Source: Azolla caroliniana
Taxonomy: Eukaryota; Plantae; Polypodiophyta
Direction: 5' to 3'
Length of the DNA: 64,000 nucleotides
Assembly (NCBI GenBank): GCA_043228905.1
Contig: JBHGNT010000002.1
Coordinates: forward strand, 10,912,001 to 10,976,000
Position numbers and translations under genes: made by a program. This document shows positions 61,330 through 64,000 of this stretch, piece by piece (positions within the stretch are counted from its first letter, which is position 1; each line of letters starts with the position of its first letter). Under the pieces are notes generated by a model that was given only the letters and a program-made list of their open reading frames with translations, ran no database searches and was not told where the DNA came from.

Positions 61330-64000
61330 AGGGAATCTAAAAGTGGAATGCACGATCCTTCCACTTCTGAACATGAACGTGTTCCTGGTCGACTATGTTG
61401 GGCCTGGCTTCACATTCTAGTGCTCTTGTATTGTCGACTTAGTCATTAGCTCGGTGCATGTAGATACTGATCTGGTCGATATCAACCCACTGGTATCACA
61501 TGCTGCATCTACCTACAAAATCAGATCATCTGTGCAACATGCTTGATCAACTTGCGTGACCAAATCATTTGTGTCAGTTGCTACATCTACTTTCAAGATG
61601 TGGCCCTCTAAACACGCTGCAACATCAACAGTTTCCACACTTCCATTGGCCTTAGGAGCAATAGATTCAAACCCTTTTAATTTTGCAACATTAGAAAACA
61701 CCAACATATTCACACTCACAAAGTAACTAACAGTCTCACAAAACAACATAATGAACATGAAATAATTTCCATCATAGAACAACATGAACATAATTATCTT
61801 GGAGAAACATCATAGAGTTCCATTACATAATGTGGATCAACCAACAACCAATCTGAGGTTTTACTTGTCTAAATAGATCATAGTAAAACTTCATAAAACC
61901 CTAGGAAAATTGCTAACAATCATATCCCACTAATAAGTATTTCGCTCCAATTCAAGAACCCCTTGACTGAGTAACTGGTCTTGTCCCCAATCGTGGCCCC
62001 TTCTTCAACCTTTTTCTAGCCGGTTGCCCATTTAGCCTTGCTTCTTTGACCCATTGTGCAAGTGTGTCCTCCTTCGACAACCTTTTCATCACCTCAGCAT
62101 CGGCTTGCACATCAGCCGCGTCTTGCGATAGCTTTTCCAGTACAATGGGATCTGTTTGGACATTATCAGTAGTTGGGCTCGGTGGGGTCGAATCAAAGTT
62201 TTGGGATTCGAAGAAATGTTGCATCAAGTGTTCAAAAACACCATTGTTGTGAACCTTAAATTTACATGTTGTTTCCAATATTTCATGGCTTTTCACTTCG
62301 TTGCCTAATTCAACACCATCTTCCAAAAGAATAGGGTGGAGCTGATCTGAAGGAGATATGATAACAGGACTCTTACTTTCACCCACGTTAGCAGCTATCT
62401 CCTCATTGGTTGCAGCGTCATCAGCATCAAACACCTCATGCACCCTCCTTAATCCACAAGATTCTACAACAACATGGTCACTAACTAGCTACTCAGCTAC
62501 ATCTTAGCTATTGTACTAAACTATGGTAGTAGCTAATTAGCTACCACTTAGTTAATTAGCTACTCAGCTAAAGTATGGTAGTAGCTAATTAGCTACCACT
62601 TAGCTACTTAGCTACTCAACTAAACTATGGTAGTAGCTAACTAGCTACCACTTATCTAATTAGCTATTGTACTAAACTATGGTAGTAGCTAATTGGCTAC
62701 CACTTAGCTAATTAGCTACTCAACTAAAGTATAGTTGTAGCTAATTAGCTACCACTTAGCTAATTAACGACATGTTAGCTAATTAGCTACTACACTACAA
62801 CCATAACAGCTAAATAGTTTCCACACTTTATACGGCTTACCTAATTAGTAAAGATGTAACTAATTAGCTACACTATGGTCACAAGTAGCAATTTTACCTG
62901 CTAGTTTTCTCCACTCATCTGGGAGAGTGGTACTGCAATCTCCCAATCAGAATGCAACAATGTGAAAGGCATATTGAAAACAAACGATATGGTATTTGTG
63001 TCGGCATGGTTGTAGGTGAACCAACAGAGTAGCAGATTTGTCCTCTACACGTAATCCGCAAGCGATGCAACGTGCTTGAACAATCAATATATTGTTTCTT
63101 GGTTCTCCTTCATTTGGTAAGGGAGCAAGAATGTTCAGGTCCAATTCTTGTCTGCTCTTTACCATCCCTTCTACAAAATGTAGTTGTTTCTTAAGGAAGC
63201 TAACTACCTGTTCTTGACGGGAGTATTGTTCCTTCAACGCAGCTGAGAAATTTACCGATTAATTATTCCTACAACAAGAATTGGACCTGAATTGTAGCTT
63301 GTCCAAATTGTAATCAGCGATAGTATTTACACCTAGAAGGTCCAGGTTCACTGAAAGAACCTAGATCTCTATCTATAGTTGAATTTTCCATTGGGGATCC
63401 AACGATGCCTCAATTTCAAGCTCATGTTGAGCAACCTATTTCAGATAATGCCTCACTAGCACATTTTCATGTACAATTTATTTATAACATATTACATACT
63501 AGCAAAACAATAGGTACCTGAATCTTATTTCTGATTGTTGTAATTGCCAAAGTGACTTTGCTCTCCATCGTAGCAACCAATGTTGCTTTCTCTAAATCAG
63601 TCTTAAAAAACTCCAATGTCTCATAGGCTTCATGAACATTTTTTAGCATATAACTAATCAATGTCTCACCTGTATCATCGACATTGGCTTTCATTTTGTG
63701 TCGGTTTGTTGGGAGTCGGTAGTTACATCATCAACTACCATGCTCCAAAATCTTGCCATTTTTTGTTGCAAGCTCCCCATCTTCCGACATCTTTCTACCA
63801 ATGCCTCACCATAAATTGCCCAAGATACCCTTTACATTTCAGGGTCATGAGATTCCTTCGTTGGTTTGCAAAACTTGTATGCAAAATTTCTGGCAAATGA
63901 AACGAACAACTTGTTGTTGACAAATTGCGATAGAATTTGTCATGAGAATTGGTGCAATCAGAATCAGAAATTTGTAATTGGAAATTTGTAACCAGAAACT
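61330..64000 (-). pseudogene. Multi-exon gene fragment: coiled-coil region, RING-H2-like finger and acidic low-complexity region
   Basis: CIAC-x17-CRHKYHIVC in 62947-63237. Plausible minus-strand donors at ~63517 and 62897 and acceptors at ~63243 and 62464. ORF fragments 63482-63694 and 61952-62443. In-frame stop within the RING tail. Exon model is incomplete. Confidence 0.5.
62481..62870. repeat. 52-bp minisatellite built from the palindrome TAGCTAATTAGCTA
   Basis: Units start at 62516, 62568, 62620, 62672 and 62724 (consensus CTAAACTATGGTAGTAGCTAATTAGCTACCACTTAGCTAATTAGCTACTCAA), with degenerate flanks. Confidence 0.93.

Noticed and set aside
62516-62775. CRISPR-like look of regularly spaced palindromic repeats
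   Set aside because: No unique spacers (whole units repeat) and no cas genes; the context is a eukaryotic intron.

Overview
Eukaryotic, plant-type heterochromatin; the element families suggest a bryophyte-grade plant, but the species cannot be read from the sequence. About 57 kb is a nest of at least ten LTR retrotransposons, ordered here by LTRs, PBS/PPT and target-site duplications (TSDs). A fragmented minus-strand Gypsy host X carries Copia A (which holds Tork/Tnt1-like Copia B and C), Tork-like Copia D (intact ORF, aberrant right end) and chromovirus E. E holds a Tat-like Gypsy F (which holds non-autonomous G and Copia I) and a fungal-type Gypsy H with a 4-bp TSD. The last ~7 kb is different: an intron-containing, decayed gene fusing a ParB/Srx-like domain to a bacterial-type beta-class N4/N6 DNA methyltransferase. 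It converges on a multi-exon coiled-coil/RING gene whose intron holds a 52-bp palindromic minisatellite. The two most unusual signals are (1) this spliced ParB-methyltransferase locus and (2) elements F and G, which carry a tRNA 3'-end-like tract instead of a polypurine tract next to the downstream LTR. All coordinates and translations were read by eye; no database searches were run.
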